In this document: positions 49,018 to 59,515 of the stretch, in pieces
Numbering within the stretch: the first letter of the stretch is position 1
Layout: the number at the start of each line of letters is the position of its first letter
NCBI GenBank assembly: GCA_903889905.1
Contig: CAISZI010000050.1
Location: 45,294-109,293 of the forward strand
Direction: 5' to 3'
Source: Candidatus Wirthbacteria bacterium
GTDB lineage: Bacteria > Patescibacteriota > CG2-30-54-11
Length of the DNA stretch: 64,000 nt
Program-made: the position numbers and the translations under genes
The notes under the pieces: generated by a model
Told to the model about the DNA's origin: nothing
What the model saw: the letters and a program-made list of their open reading frames with translations, nothing else
The model's database searches: none

Positions 49018-49545
49018 TTAAATGAAATACTCATCATTCTCCCAAGCCAATGGATTATTGGCAATATATTCTTGGATCTGTTCCAGATCTCGGTCATCGC
49101 GAATGACATGTTCAAAGTAGTTGCGTTGCCAGACATCCAAAGTGGCATCATTGGCAAGACGGCGGATTTGGTTGGTTACGGCAGACTTGAATCCACGAAC
49201 AATTGCTCCCAGGTTTTGCGATGGCGATTGCAACCCATGACCCGTAGGGGCGTATTGCAATACGCCCTCACCACCGCCGTCGGTCAACACCACAATTCCA
49301 TGAAAATGGTTTCGCATAATTTGATAAATATCCATTGCCACATTTTGTCTCAATTTCTCCGTTTTCAACCATTCTTGTTCAACAATCTTGCCCCAGGGCG
49401 TCAAATCTATCTTGTCGCCGAGCTTTTTCCCAAATAGTTGTTTCCTGCATTTGGTACAAATCGTCACGAAATACGCGCCGCCCTGGGAATAATCAAATCC
49501 GGTAATACGGATCGAACGACGATGTTTTAATTGTTCGTTGATCAT
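49018..49545 (-). mobile_element. REP-associated tyrosine transposase (RAYT, Y1 HUH)
   Basis: RRSIR..GFDYSQ.GAYFVTICT, MRNHFHGIV (HUH), GFKS, WQRNYFEHVIRD, YIANNP; flanking and internal REPs. Confidence 0.9.
49244..49268. repeat. REP inside RAYT coding sequence
   Basis: GTAGGGGCGTATTGCAATACGCCCT, encoding GVLQYAPT on the minus strand. Confidence 0.8.
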
Positions 49546-49564
49546 GGTTAATCTCGTCAAAGAT

Positions 49565-49587
49565 GGGCGTAAGCATTACGCCCCTAC
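49565..49587. repeat. REP upstream of RAYT
   Basis: Minus strand GTAGGGGCGTAATGCTTACGCCC. Confidence 0.8.
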
Positions 49588-50129
49588 TCTTTATTCACCC
49601 AATCCTTTAATTTTCGCAATGCCAAGGCCCGATGTGAAATCTTGTTTTTTTCCTCGGTTGTCATCTCCCCGAACGTCCGCGTCTCACCCATCGGCACAAA
49701 CACCACGTCAAAACCAAAACCACTTTCTCCACGCGCTTCATCGGCAATCGTGCCCGCAAGCCGTCCCTCAAAAAGAAGATGTTCGTGGCCATCATAGAGG
49801 TCAAGCAAGGCAATCGCTTCTACATATCGATCTTTGGTCTGACGCATGAGTTGCGCTATGCCGGCAGGCGTAATGGTTTGGTTGACCCATTTGATCAGTG
49901 GCCCGGGAAAACCGTTCCAGGCACGCACCTCAAATGACACATCTTCCACCACCACGGGTGCCTGCACAAATTGGAAAGCAGTTTCGGCTTTGGCCTTGAC
50001 TACCGCACGTACATCCATGGATTGAATTTCCGGAATGTCCAAATCCACCCGTTCTATCTCGTGCCCGACAATCGCCTGCATTTCGGCCAGTTTGTGATCA
50101 TTGGAGGTGACGTAGACAAGTTTGGGCAT
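49584..50129 (-). CDS. rdgB: Non-canonical purine NTP pyrophosphatase (HAM1/RdgB)
   Basis: VTSNDHKLAE, PEIQ, VED, GFPGP, GFGFD, EKNKISHR. Confidence 0.9.
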   Translation of the reverse strand: MPKLVYVTSNDHKLAEMQAIVGHEIERVDLDIPEIQSMDVRAVVKAKAETAFQFVQAPVVVEDVSFEVRAWNGFPGPLIKWVNQTITPAGIAQLMRQTKDRYVEAIALLDLYDGHEHLLFEGRLAGTIADEARGESGFGFDVVFVPMGETRTFGEMTTEEKNKISHRALALRKLKDWVNKE

Positions 50130-50199
50130 GAATTAAATCCTAAATTCTAATATCAAATCACCAAACACTGACAAAAATCTTTCCTTTTCACTTCTTTCC

Positions 50200-50275
50200 T
50201 TCCTCTCGCCCTAGGGGAGAGAGCCAGAGAGAGGGGAATTCCCTTTCCTAAATCCTCCCCCATCGGGGAAGGAGA
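50200..50275. repeat. C-rich/G-rich palindromic elements
   Basis: CCTCTCGCCCTAGGGGAGAGAGCCAGAGAGAGGGG and CCTCCCCCATCGGGGAAGGAG. Confidence 0.5.
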
Positions 50276-50314
50276 AGATATTTCTCCGTCTTTCTTTAGG
50301 ACCCCGTTTGGATG

Positions 50315-50773
50315 TCAATTATTAGTATTTAGTGCTTGTTTCTTAACTCCCACCCGCCAGCTAAGCCACCACTGAAACCACATCCAGGTACAGACAATGC
50401 CCATAAAAAAACAATAAAAAATCATGCTCCGGTCAAAGTAAAAAATCACCAACGTGATGATCAGCAATATCGCAAACCGTTTGGGAAAATGAAAAATACT
50501 ATCTAATCTGGTTTGCCGCTGATACGTTTCAAACTGTTCCACCAACTCGAGCTGGATCGCTTTGGGGCGTTCATGGCTGGGCTTCTCAATGGCCAGTTCA
50601 ATAAAGGGTTCGCCCTGTTCAGAAACCCAGAACAAGACCACCCGCAGCGATCCCGCTGCCACACCCACAAGTAGCGCCCAGTACTGTTTGAAATACCAGG
50701 TGGCGCCAACTGTGATCAACGTAAACAGGAGTGCGACCATAAATTTGCGCCAGCTTGCAAACAAGTCTTCCAT
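50315..50773 (-). CDS. Hypothetical membrane protein
   Basis: About 4 TMs; start follows directly on the upstream gene's stop. Confidence 0.55.
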   Translation of the reverse strand: MEDLFASWRKFMVALLFTLITVGATWYFKQYWALLVGVAAGSLRVVLFWVSEQGEPFIELAIEKPSHERPKAIQLELVEQFETYQRQTRLDSIFHFPKRFAILLIITLVIFYFDRSMIFYCFFMGIVCTWMWFQWWLSWRVGVKKQALNTNN

Positions 50774-50774
50774 G

Positions 50775-52226
50775 TTATCCCTCGGTAATAGCAGATGAAT
50801 TGGGCCGGGGAGCAAGCCGGGAAGAGGCTATGCCCAAGCCAAACACAAACCAGATATGCATAATATAAAGCGTGGAAAACGTTACATACTGTACCCAAAA
50901 ACCCACCATGGTGGCAATCAGCCCCATAAGCAAAATACGATCCTCAAGCAATACGCTGCGACCGAACGCCGCCAGCGCCTGCACAAACCAGACGAGCACG
51001 GCCAGGAGCAGGGCGAGCGTGCCGATCAGTCCCACTTCGTCCAGCAGCTCCAGATATTCATCGTTCACAATATTCCAACCACCGGTTGGAGCTCCTCGGT
51101 AAACGCCACTAATGTACGCGCCATAATTGCCCGGACCAAACCCCAGCAGCGGCGACACTTTAAATGCATCATACGCCGTACGATACTGTTCCAGCCGTTC
51201 ATAATCCCCGGTGGAGGCGATCAAGGTCGTGGCGCGCTGCGCCAGATAATCCACACTGAGTTTGGAGGACACTTTTCCCGAAATCGCCATCACCAGCCCA
51301 AAGCATAATGCCAGCGCCAGGACCAGCATGACAACCCGTTTGCTGAACAAATCACGGTAAGCGAGCAGCAATACAACCAACAATGCTGCGGCCAATGCAA
51401 TGTACCCGCCGCGCGACAAAGTCAAAATAAAGGCCAACCCAGTCGTCACCAACACACCAAGCAAAAACCACAAAGGAAAAGGAAGTCGAAGTTTGGCTGT
51501 CTTCCACTTGCCGCGCGCCTGCACTACAATTAAGGCCGCCACAAGCGGAATAGCCGAAAGCAGATAATTGGCCAGATACAAAGGTTCCAAGGAAAACGCC
51601 TGCACACGGGTCATGCCCAGCACGGCTTTGTTATACCAGCCCCAGCGAATCAGCGTAAGCGCGGGCGACAAGCCAATTTCGTCGCCCACAAACTGAAACA
51701 GTCCAAACAGGCTGGTAATAAACGCCGCCCCGATCATCACTTTGACGACAAGCCAAAGTCGATGTCTAGTGTCTACCAAATCCGCCACCAGCAGTGAAGT
51801 GAACAAAGTAAAAGCAGTAAATATCCAAACATTAATACCGCGCATAACATTGATAGCGTTCAGAATCGAGAGCAGTGCAAATAATAAAAAAACGAACAAT
51901 GGCCAAAAGGTTGGATTGAAGTGAAACTGCAATTTACTGCGACGCGTTTTGTGCCACAGCCAGCTCAGCATGGTGAGCAAGGCAATCACCTGGCTGATGC
52001 GGAAATTCGAGCCACCTACCGCCACCCCGCCAATACGTTCAAATGGCAAAAAAAAAGCAATGCCGAGCACTCCGGCAAACGGGTTGTTCACGATTTGGAC
52101 AATACCCCAAATCGCCATCACTGCCGCCACCAATCCAGCCAGCACCAGTGGTGCAACCAGAATCAGAATGGCAGCAATACCGGCCAGAAGCCCAAGTCCA
52201 ACGTAGATAAGTCGTCGTTTGTTCAA
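50775..52226 (-). CDS. O-antigen ligase/Wzy_C family membrane protein
   Basis: About 12 TMs, RVQAFSLEP.YLANY, LTLSRGG, R...Y..A, PLLGFGPGNY. Confidence 0.82.
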   Translation of the reverse strand: MNKRRLIYVGLGLLAGIAAILILVAPLVLAGLVAAVMAIWGIVQIVNNPFAGVLGIAFFLPFERIGGVAVGGSNFRISQVIALLTMLSWLWHKTRRSKLQFHFNPTFWPLFVFLLFALLSILNAINVMRGINVWIFTAFTLFTSLLVADLVDTRHRLWLVVKVMIGAAFITSLFGLFQFVGDEIGLSPALTLIRWGWYNKAVLGMTRVQAFSLEPLYLANYLLSAIPLVAALIVVQARGKWKTAKLRLPFPLWFLLGVLVTTGLAFILTLSRGGYIALAAALLVVLLLAYRDLFSKRVVMLVLALALCFGLVMAISGKVSSKLSVDYLAQRATTLIASTGDYERLEQYRTAYDAFKVSPLLGFGPGNYGAYISGVYRGAPTGGWNIVNDEYLELLDEVGLIGTLALLLAVLVWFVQALAAFGRSVLLEDRILLMGLIATMVGFWVQYVTFSTLYIMHIWFVFGLGIASSRLAPRPNSSAITEG

Positions 52227-52309
52227 TAATCATTCCCTATGTTCAAAACAGCGCTATTGTCTCAAGCGGGGTGAAGAAATGTAAAGGGCCACAAATTACC
52301 CCCGCCTGT

Positions 52310-52502
52310 ATCCTCCCCCGTGAAACACAGGGGCGGAGAAGACTAAAGATCCCATCCCTCCCCCTGCCTTAGCGGGGGGAGGGTAGGTAGGGGGTATTTC
52401 CTTATATTCCTTATTGCTGTCAATGAGAGATTGCCGCGGTCGATGACTTCCTCGCAATGACAGAGTCTCCTACCCCCTTGCAAAGGGGGCGCAGGGGGAT
52501 TT
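52310..52502. repeat. Composite intergenic cluster of palindromic repeats
   Basis: Three CCCC...GGGG hairpin elements plus AGATTGCCGCGGTCG...CCTCGCAATGACA (52428-62), nearly the reverse complement of 14191-225. Confidence 0.65.
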
Positions 52503-52522
52503 TTCACTGCTTTGTAACTTTA

Positions 52523-54772
52523 TCAACTTCCCTCTTTTTTCACTTCTTCTGTTTTCGTCTCTTCTGTCCCGGTCGCTGCTTCCGGCCGGGTCCAGGTCGC
52601 GTATTTGCAAGTCGGGTAACTACCACAGCCGTAAAAAATCTTGCCACGTTTGGTGCGTTTGGTGACAATGTCGGCGCCGCAATCCGGGCATTTGGCGCCG
52701 GTGGGTTTGGGGACAAAAAGGTTCTGGATATTTTTGCATTCAGGATATTTTTCGCAGCCCCAGAACTGGCCAAAGCGGCCACGTTTGAGCACCATTTTGC
52801 CACCGCATTTTTCGCAAGGTTCGTCGCGCACACTTTTTTGCGCGGAAGTGGATTCCTCGCCCGTGGTGGCGTCTTTGGATTTGATCTCACTTTCCATCGG
52901 CTTGGTGTTACGGCAGTCGGGATAACCACTGCAGGCCAGGAATTTACCAAAGCGTCCCAATCGAATGATCATAGGTTTGCCGCATTTTTCGCAGACTTCA
53001 TCGGTCTTCTCATCTACCACGGAACGTTTCTGGACTTCTTCGGTTTTGGCAGTCAAATTACGATGGAACGGTTCATAGAATTCACGAATTACCGGCACCC
53101 ACTCGCGGCCGCCTTCGGCTATGTCGTCCAGGTTCTGTTCCATGCGGGCGGTAAAATCAATGTCCACCACATCGGGGAAATGCTCGACCAGTAGAGTCGT
53201 CACCACTTTGCCCACGTCTTCGGGTGCAAAGCGCTTGTTTTCCAGTTTGACATAACCGCGATCCTGAATTGTGCTCAAGGTCGGGGCGTAGGTAGAAGGG
53301 CGGCCAATGCCGTGTTCCTCGAGTGCCTTGACCAGCGTGGCTTCAGTAAACCGTGGTGGTGGCTGGGTAAAATGCTGCTCAGGTGTCAATTTGTCCAGAT
53401 CCACCGACTCGCCTTGTTCCAGATGTGGCAGACGTTTGTCTTCACCTTCTTTTTTCTCGGTTTCGTCGTCTTTGCCTTCTTCGTAGACAGCCAAAAAGCC
53501 AGGGAACTTGACCACGCTACCCGTGGCACGGAACATGGCCTGTTTCCACTGCGACTTTGTTAAAACGCCGACGATGTCCGCCGACGTCTGGTCCAGCACA
53601 GCCGGTGCCATCTGGCAGGCGATTGCACGTTTCCAGATCAATTCATACAGTCGGAACAAATCTTTTTCGAGCGCATCTTTGACACTTTCGGGAAGTCGCG
53701 TGATGTCGGTCGGGCGAATGGCTTCGTGTGCTTCCTGCGCTCCTTTGGCTTTGGTGTGATAGAGCTTGGGCGCAACCGGCACGTAGTCTTTGCCGTACTT
53801 TTCGCCGATCAAAGTGCGGATCGAGGTCACGGCTTCGGCAGCGAGGTTGAGTGAATCGGTACGCATATAGGTGATCAAACCGGTACGGCCCGAGCCCACG
53901 TCCACGCCTTCATAAAGTTGTTGAGCACAATACATGGTTTTCTTGGCCGAAAAGCCCAGTTTGCGGGCGGCTTCCTGCTGCAGAGTGGAAGTCGTAAACG
54001 GTGGTGTTGGGTTACGCTGGCGTTCTTTGCGTTCCACGGACGCAATCTGATAGATGGCAGTTTGCAGAGCAGTTTCGATGTCGTTGGCCTGGTCGCCAGT
54101 GATGATCTCAACTTTGACACCGTCCAGGGTATGCAGTTGTGCGCCAAAAATCTTGCCTTTGGATACGGTATTAGAGCAGACAAACTGCCCGTCGACAGAC
54201 CAGTATTCCTTGACCACAAAGGCGTCACGTTCGGCTTCGCGCTCGACGACTAAACGCACAGCCACCGATTGCACGCGACCAGCCGAAAGACCGGGCATAA
54301 CTTTTTTCCAAAGGAAAGGACTAAGTTCATATCCCACCAGCCGGTCCAGAATGCGGCGAGCCTGTTGCGCGTCCACTTTGGGCATGTCGATCAGGCGTGG
54401 CGAAGCCAATGCTTTCAAAATTGCGGTCTTGGTGACTTCATGAAAAACGACCCGTTTGGTGTCCGCTGGGGAAACGCCCACGGCCTGCGCCACGTGCCAG
54501 GCAATGGCTTCTCCCTCGCGGTCCTCGTCGGTCGCAAGAATCACCTCGGTACATTTATCGGCTTTAGCCTTGAGGTCTTTGACAGTCTTGGCCTTGTCGC
54601 GCGGGATCGTATAGGTGGGCTGGAAATCATGCTCGGTGTCCACACCCAGTTTGGATTTGGGCAGATCACGGATGTGGCCCATGGATGCGACAACGCTATA
54701 ATCCTTACCCAGAAATTTTTCGATCGTGCGCGCCTTGGCCGGAGATTCCACAATGACAAGTGACTTGGGCAT
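52523..54772 (-). CDS. topA: DNA topoisomerase I
   Basis: LVIVESPAKA, ATDEDREGEAI, SAGRVQS, ITYMRTD, GIGRPSTY, three C-terminal zinc ribbons. Confidence 0.98.
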   Translation of the reverse strand: MPKSLVIVESPAKARTIEKFLGKDYSVVASMGHIRDLPKSKLGVDTEHDFQPTYTIPRDKAKTVKDLKAKADKCTEVILATDEDREGEAIAWHVAQAVGVSPADTKRVVFHEVTKTAILKALASPRLIDMPKVDAQQARRILDRLVGYELSPFLWKKVMPGLSAGRVQSVAVRLVVEREAERDAFVVKEYWSVDGQFVCSNTVSKGKIFGAQLHTLDGVKVEIITGDQANDIETALQTAIYQIASVERKERQRNPTPPFTTSTLQQEAARKLGFSAKKTMYCAQQLYEGVDVGSGRTGLITYMRTDSLNLAAEAVTSIRTLIGEKYGKDYVPVAPKLYHTKAKGAQEAHEAIRPTDITRLPESVKDALEKDLFRLYELIWKRAIACQMAPAVLDQTSADIVGVLTKSQWKQAMFRATGSVVKFPGFLAVYEEGKDDETEKKEGEDKRLPHLEQGESVDLDKLTPEQHFTQPPPRFTEATLVKALEEHGIGRPSTYAPTLSTIQDRGYVKLENKRFAPEDVGKVVTTLLVEHFPDVVDIDFTARMEQNLDDIAEGGREWVPVIREFYEPFHRNLTAKTEEVQKRSVVDEKTDEVCEKCGKPMIIRLGRFGKFLACSGYPDCRNTKPMESEIKSKDATTGEESTSAQKSVRDEPCEKCGGKMVLKRGRFGQFWGCEKYPECKNIQNLFVPKPTGAKCPDCGADIVTKRTKRGKIFYGCGSYPTCKYATWTRPEAATGTEETKTEEVKKEGS

Positions 54773-54912
54773 GACAAACCTCAATAGGTAAATTGCGTTT
54801 CTTAAAATAGACATGCGCCAATGGGAATGTCAAGCAACGCCCGCATCTCAAAATGACTTTTAAATAAGAATCATTTATAATTATTATTATTTTATTCAAC
54901 CAGAAAGCCTTT

Positions 54913-55614
54913 GTGAAAACAACTAAAACAGATACAGGCTATTCGTTTACAGTAAGTCGGTACAGGCTGGTTAATTACTACTGGCTTAGTTGCCTGATGG
55001 TGATTGCCATAAATTTATTTTTATTTTATTTAATCTCATCCCAAATCACTGCACACGCCCGCTTTGATTTGTTTGGTTGGCTGAATCACAGCTGCCTGCA
55101 CAACTGCTCAAATGACAATACTTATATTAATCCAGTTGTATGGATAGCCTTCCCTTTTTTTGCTCTCTTCGCCTTGTACCTGTGCCTCAATTTTGGGCGT
55201 ATTTTTATTAATCCTAAAAACTATCTCAGGATTGACGATGCTGGCATTTATTTCCGCAACCAGCACCCCATTGCCAGCCAGTTACTTCCCTGGAGTGCGA
55301 TCACTTCTCTGGTGCTGAATTTTCAATTTATCGCCATTCCATATACCAAGACTAAAACACAGCCCATTTTGGTCATCGGTTTTCATCAGGTTGCTTTAAT
55401 CAAAATGGACTCTACCTTAATCGTAAAACTGCTCGGTATTACCGGCAAACTCCGGCGCGAAAAGGAATTCATGATTCCCTTGCATATCTTAGGACTCAAG
55501 AACAACGATAACTACAAAAAATTCATTTTCTCAATCAATGAAGTTGCAACCAGGAATGGTCATGAACTAAAAATACCGTCGTCTATTATCGTAAATAAAA
55601 CATCTAGCCAATGA
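54913..55614 (+). CDS. Hypothetical membrane protein (AT-rich)
   Basis: Two TMs, then LRIDDAGI...LPWSAI (PH-like domain pattern). Confidence 0.55.
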   Translation: MKTTKTDTGYSFTVSRYRLVNYYWLSCLMVIAINLFLFYLISSQITAHARFDLFGWLNHSCLHNCSNDNTYINPVVWIAFPFFALFALYLCLNFGRIFINPKNYLRIDDAGIYFRNQHPIASQLLPWSAITSLVLNFQFIAIPYTKTKTQPILVIGFHQVALIKMDSTLIVKLLGITGKLRREKEFMIPLHILGLKNNDNYKKFIFSINEVATRNGHELKIPSSIIVNKTSSQ

Positions 55615-56057
55615 TACGTTTAGTCAGTTTTAAAATTTCTTCTGCCTAGATATTGTTGGCAAATAACAATGGCAGCGTCTCTTTGCCTGTTGCCAATGTG
55701 AAATGTAAAAAAACTCAAACCAGACGATATACAAGCAAATTGTTGCCTACCTCATTTTTTGAATATCGGCAAACTTAATTTTAAAGTTATCACTTGGAGA
55801 AATTAACTCCTTTGTCTGTTTGTCCAGAATAATTGCTTTGGAATGACGTGTATTCTATCGGCAGTTTGATTTCACGATTCTGTGGCATAAACAAGAAGAA
55901 AAAGACATATCAATCTCCCCTGTTATTTTTAAGCATCCCATTAAATAGTTAAATTCTATTATCAGCCCAAGCCATTCTCCCTTCTCACCGCTTCCCAATT
56001 TGTGCTACTATTACCACGCTTTGATCAAGCGTTTACTCATTATCTGTAGGAAAAACC

Positions 56058-57317
56058 ATGGCCACCATTTCATCCCTCAAAGCCCGTGAAATTCTCGACT
56101 CCCGCGGTAACCCCACCGTCGAAGTCGATGTCACTCTCAATGACGGCAGTTTTGGCCGTGCAGCTGTTCCCTCTGGCGCCTCTACTGGTTCCCATGAAAT
56201 GCTCGAACTCCGCGATGGTGACAAAGCCCGTTACCTGGGTAATGGCGTACTCAAAGCTGTGAGCAACGTCAAAGAAATTATCGCGCCCAAAGTCATCGGC
56301 ATGGACGCCAACAACCAGGCTGACCTCGATCACACCATGATCGCGCTCGACGGCACACCCAACAAATCCAAACTCGGCGCCAATGCCATCCTGGGCGTTT
56401 CTATGGCGGTCATGCACGCCGCGGCTGCTGCCAAAAATATTCCACTTTACCAACATGTTGGTGAACTTTTTGGCAACACGAATTTCATCCTGCCCCAGGT
56501 CATGTTCAATGTCCTGAATGGCGGCAAACACGCCAACTGGGCGACTGACGTGCAGGAATTTTTCATCATCCCCACCTCCAAAGCCATTCCCAAATACGCC
56601 GACCGTCTGCGGGCTGGCGCTGAGGTTTATCATCATTTGAAAAAGATTTTGTCCGCCAAAGGTTACACCGTTTCCGTGGGCGACGAAGGTGGCTACGCTC
56701 CCAAAGAAATGTCCTCCAATACCGAACCTGTCGAAATCCTGCTGATGGCCATCGAAAAAGCTGGTTACAAAGCGGGCACCGACATCGTCCTCGGCTTTGA
56801 CGCCGCGGCTTCGGAATTTTACAAAGACGGCAAATACGAACTCAAAAAAGAAGGCAAATCCCTGACCTCATCCGAGTGGACCGAAGTCGTTAAAGGCTGG
56901 TGCCAGAAATACCCAATCTTCTCCTTTGAAGACATGCACGCCGAAGACGACTGGACTGGCTGGCAGGAATTCACCGCCACCGTGGGCGCGGATCATCAGG
57001 TCGTGGGCGACGACTTGCTCGTCACCAATGCGGAACGTGTGAAATTGGCCATCGAACGCAAAGCCTGCAATTCGCTGCTCGTGAAGGTCAACCAGATCGG
57101 CTCCATCACCGAAACTTTTGACGCCATTAAGCTCACCAACAGTGTTGGCTGGACCAACGTCTTCAGCCACCGCAGCGGCGAAACCGAAGACAGCACCATC
57201 GCCGACCTCGTGGTCGGAACCGGCGCTGGCCAGATCAAAACCGGCGCTCCTGCCCGTGGCGAACGCACCGCCAAATACAACCAACTGCTCCGCATCGAAG
57301 AGCTGCTTGAAAACTAA
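56058..57317 (+). CDS. eno: Enolase
   Basis: EILDSRGNPTVEV, VPSGASTG, VGDEGG, VGDDLLVTN, SHRSGETED, KYNQLLRIEE. Confidence 0.98.
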   Translation: MATISSLKAREILDSRGNPTVEVDVTLNDGSFGRAAVPSGASTGSHEMLELRDGDKARYLGNGVLKAVSNVKEIIAPKVIGMDANNQADLDHTMIALDGTPNKSKLGANAILGVSMAVMHAAAAAKNIPLYQHVGELFGNTNFILPQVMFNVLNGGKHANWATDVQEFFIIPTSKAIPKYADRLRAGAEVYHHLKKILSAKGYTVSVGDEGGYAPKEMSSNTEPVEILLMAIEKAGYKAGTDIVLGFDAAASEFYKDGKYELKKEGKSLTSSEWTEVVKGWCQKYPIFSFEDMHAEDDWTGWQEFTATVGADHQVVGDDLLVTNAERVKLAIERKACNSLLVKVNQIGSITETFDAIKLTNSVGWTNVFSHRSGETEDSTIADLVVGTGAGQIKTGAPARGERTAKYNQLLRIEELLEN

Positions 57318-57392
57318 GGCCCAAAAGATTTAAACTACGGTCAATTGAGTCCTGTTCTTCGCTTTCGTTTAAACTGCTTGAGACAAAACAAA

Positions 57393-58580
57393 ATGGAAAT
57401 GGACACGCTTTCGCCTCCGCCTGCTGCACCGGTTGATCCCAATGATTACGCAGGTTGGTTACGCTCCTTCCGCCGCATCGGGCCCAAAATCACCGAACAC
57501 ATCATGGCACTCTACCCCAGCCGCGCTGAACTCGCGCAGGCCACCGCCGAACAGTTGGTGCAAAAAATCAAAGGACTGACGGCCATGAGCGCCAAAGCCA
57601 TGATCGAAGCGGCCGCACAGATTTCGGCCAAGGTCGAAAGTGTTCCTACCGTAGCCGAAATCCGTCGCACGCAGACGACCTTTACCCCACCGGTGGAAGA
57701 AGCAGAAGCCGAGGAAGAAGAAGCCAGTGCCGATAACACCGACGCTGGCATGGGACTGTTCAGCAAACCACTGGATTTTCGGCCCGTCCGCGAAAAACCC
57801 GTCACACCGCCTGTGTCAATTGACGCTTTGCGCCGCCGGCAACAAATGCCCAATTCGCTTTCCTTTGGTCCCAAGCCTGCAGAACAACCCGCCGAAGAAG
57901 CCAAAGCCGACTTTGCCACCTTCAAAAAACCCGACGTCCATGTCATCTACAGCGCCGGCAAACAAAAACAAGTCCGCGCTGAACCCACTACCAAGGCACC
58001 ACCGGGCAATCCCCTTCTGCACACCGTGCTGCCGGTACTTTTCATCCTGGTGGGTGCCGGCCTGATTGGCGTCTCAGCCTGGTTTTTGATCAAATCCAAT
58101 GCCGACAATCCATCTGTGACCAATAGCGCACCCGTAGCCCCCATCTCCGCGCCTGTCTCGGCCACGGTTTCGGATATTGACCTGCAAAAACTGCAACAGG
58201 ACGCACTCAAACTCATCCAGAATCCCATCCCAACGACCACGCCGCCCGCTACCGCCCCTGCCATAACACCTACGCCAACGCCAACGATCCCGACGCTCAA
58301 ACCGGCCGACATCTCCGTTCAGGTGCTCAATGGCAATGGCATCAAAGGTGCGACCACCAAAGCCTTCAATCTGCTGAAGACGGCCGGGTTCAATCCCACT
58401 GCCTCCAACAACGCCAATAATTACGCCTATAAGTCGACCATGCTTTACTTCAGTACCGCAAACCTTGCCAAAGCTGAACTGGTGCAGACGGCACTTACTG
58501 CCCAGTATCAGATCACCATGACCCCCACGCTCTATACCGGCCAAAAACTGGACGTCGTTGTGGTACTCGGCGCCAAGTAA
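57393..58580 (+). CDS. Single-TM protein with N-terminal HhH-like region and C-terminal LytR_C domain
   Basis: RRIGPK...IKGLT HhH-like pair; TM; Pro/Thr linker; VQVLNGNGIKGA...DVVVVLG. Confidence 0.7.
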   Translation: MEMDTLSPPPAAPVDPNDYAGWLRSFRRIGPKITEHIMALYPSRAELAQATAEQLVQKIKGLTAMSAKAMIEAAAQISAKVESVPTVAEIRRTQTTFTPPVEEAEAEEEEASADNTDAGMGLFSKPLDFRPVREKPVTPPVSIDALRRRQQMPNSLSFGPKPAEQPAEEAKADFATFKKPDVHVIYSAGKQKQVRAEPTTKAPPGNPLLHTVLPVLFILVGAGLIGVSAWFLIKSNADNPSVTNSAPVAPISAPVSATVSDIDLQKLQQDALKLIQNPIPTTTPPATAPAITPTPTPTIPTLKPADISVQVLNGNGIKGATTKAFNLLKTAGFNPTASNNANNYAYKSTMLYFSTANLAKAELVQTALTAQYQITMTPTLYTGQKLDVVVVLGAK

Positions 58581-58605
58581 AAGACATCATCCCATCGAAT
58601 TTCCC

Positions 58606-58633
58606 GTAGGGGCGATGCAGGCATCGCCCCTAC
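58606..58633. repeat. GTAG-type REP palindrome
   Basis: GTAGGGGCGATGC-AG-GCATCGCCCCTAC. Confidence 0.85.
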
Positions 58634-58698
58634 TTTTTTGTCTGTTTTTTGTTTACAATACAGGCTGCCACCATTTTATTCAGCAACTGGCGTTTTTG

Positions 58699-59481
58699 AT
58701 GTCGTTTTGGGATAAATACCCTTTTGCCAAACTCCTGCTGGTCGAAAGCTGGCTGTTTGTGGCGCTGTCATGGCGGCTCGACAGTTACAACACAGCAGCC
58801 GTCGCTTTGATTCTGTGCGCCGTTGCGCTCACCTGCCTGCAAACGGTCATTTTTGAAATTTTACTCACCGCCATTTGCCCTTTGCTGTTTTTTTACAACT
58901 TTCACTTTCAGATTCCTGCCTGGCCAACGCTGGTGTACTTTGGGGCATTGATTGTCCTGATCAAAAACATCACGCTGCGCCCCGCGCCTGCCCCCAAAAT
59001 CAAAACAAAACCTTTGCCCAAAGTCACTTCTTCTCCCCAGCGCCAGTCCATGCCCGAAGCCTCCTATACCTCGACCATGGCGGGCGTGCTCAATCTACGC
59101 AATCCGACTTTCACGGTTCCAACCCAGGCCGCTCCTTCCGCCCCGGCCTCCTGGTTTAATGATGCGGCAGAAAACGTTGCCACCGATCATTTTGCTTTTC
59201 TTGCTAAAATTCAACTGGGCCTCAGTCAAAAATTAGTGCTGCTAGCCATCGGGTTTACATTGGGATATTTCTGGATTCACCCGTTCTGGCTGGCCAAAGC
59301 CAACAGCACTGACACCTATCATTCCTACCTGCGCACAATTTATCCACCCACGCAGCTCATTGTCACCGCCGGCAGCGATCCCATTACCCTCAAGACACAA
59401 CCTTCCAATAACTATTTTCTTGCTCCTCCCGCCATTTCCAAGGCCCTTTTCTGGAAATTTCCCGTCCCTCCATCCCAATAA
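58699..59481 (+). CDS. Hypothetical membrane protein
   Basis: Several TMs, ATG 58699. Confidence 0.5.
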   Translation: MSFWDKYPFAKLLLVESWLFVALSWRLDSYNTAAVALILCAVALTCLQTVIFEILLTAICPLLFFYNFHFQIPAWPTLVYFGALIVLIKNITLRPAPAPKIKTKPLPKVTSSPQRQSMPEASYTSTMAGVLNLRNPTFTVPTQAAPSAPASWFNDAAENVATDHFAFLAKIQLGLSQKLVLLAIGFTLGYFWIHPFWLAKANSTDTYHSYLRTIYPPTQLIVTAGSDPITLKTQPSNNYFLAPPAISKALFWKFPVPPSQ

Positions 59482-59515
59482 CGCCCTTTCTTTCACCCAT
59501 TACACAGGGATAGCC

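Noticed and set aside
55611-55920. Possible degraded gene in an AT-rich gap
   Set aside because: Only short stop-interrupted frames with no recognisable similarity
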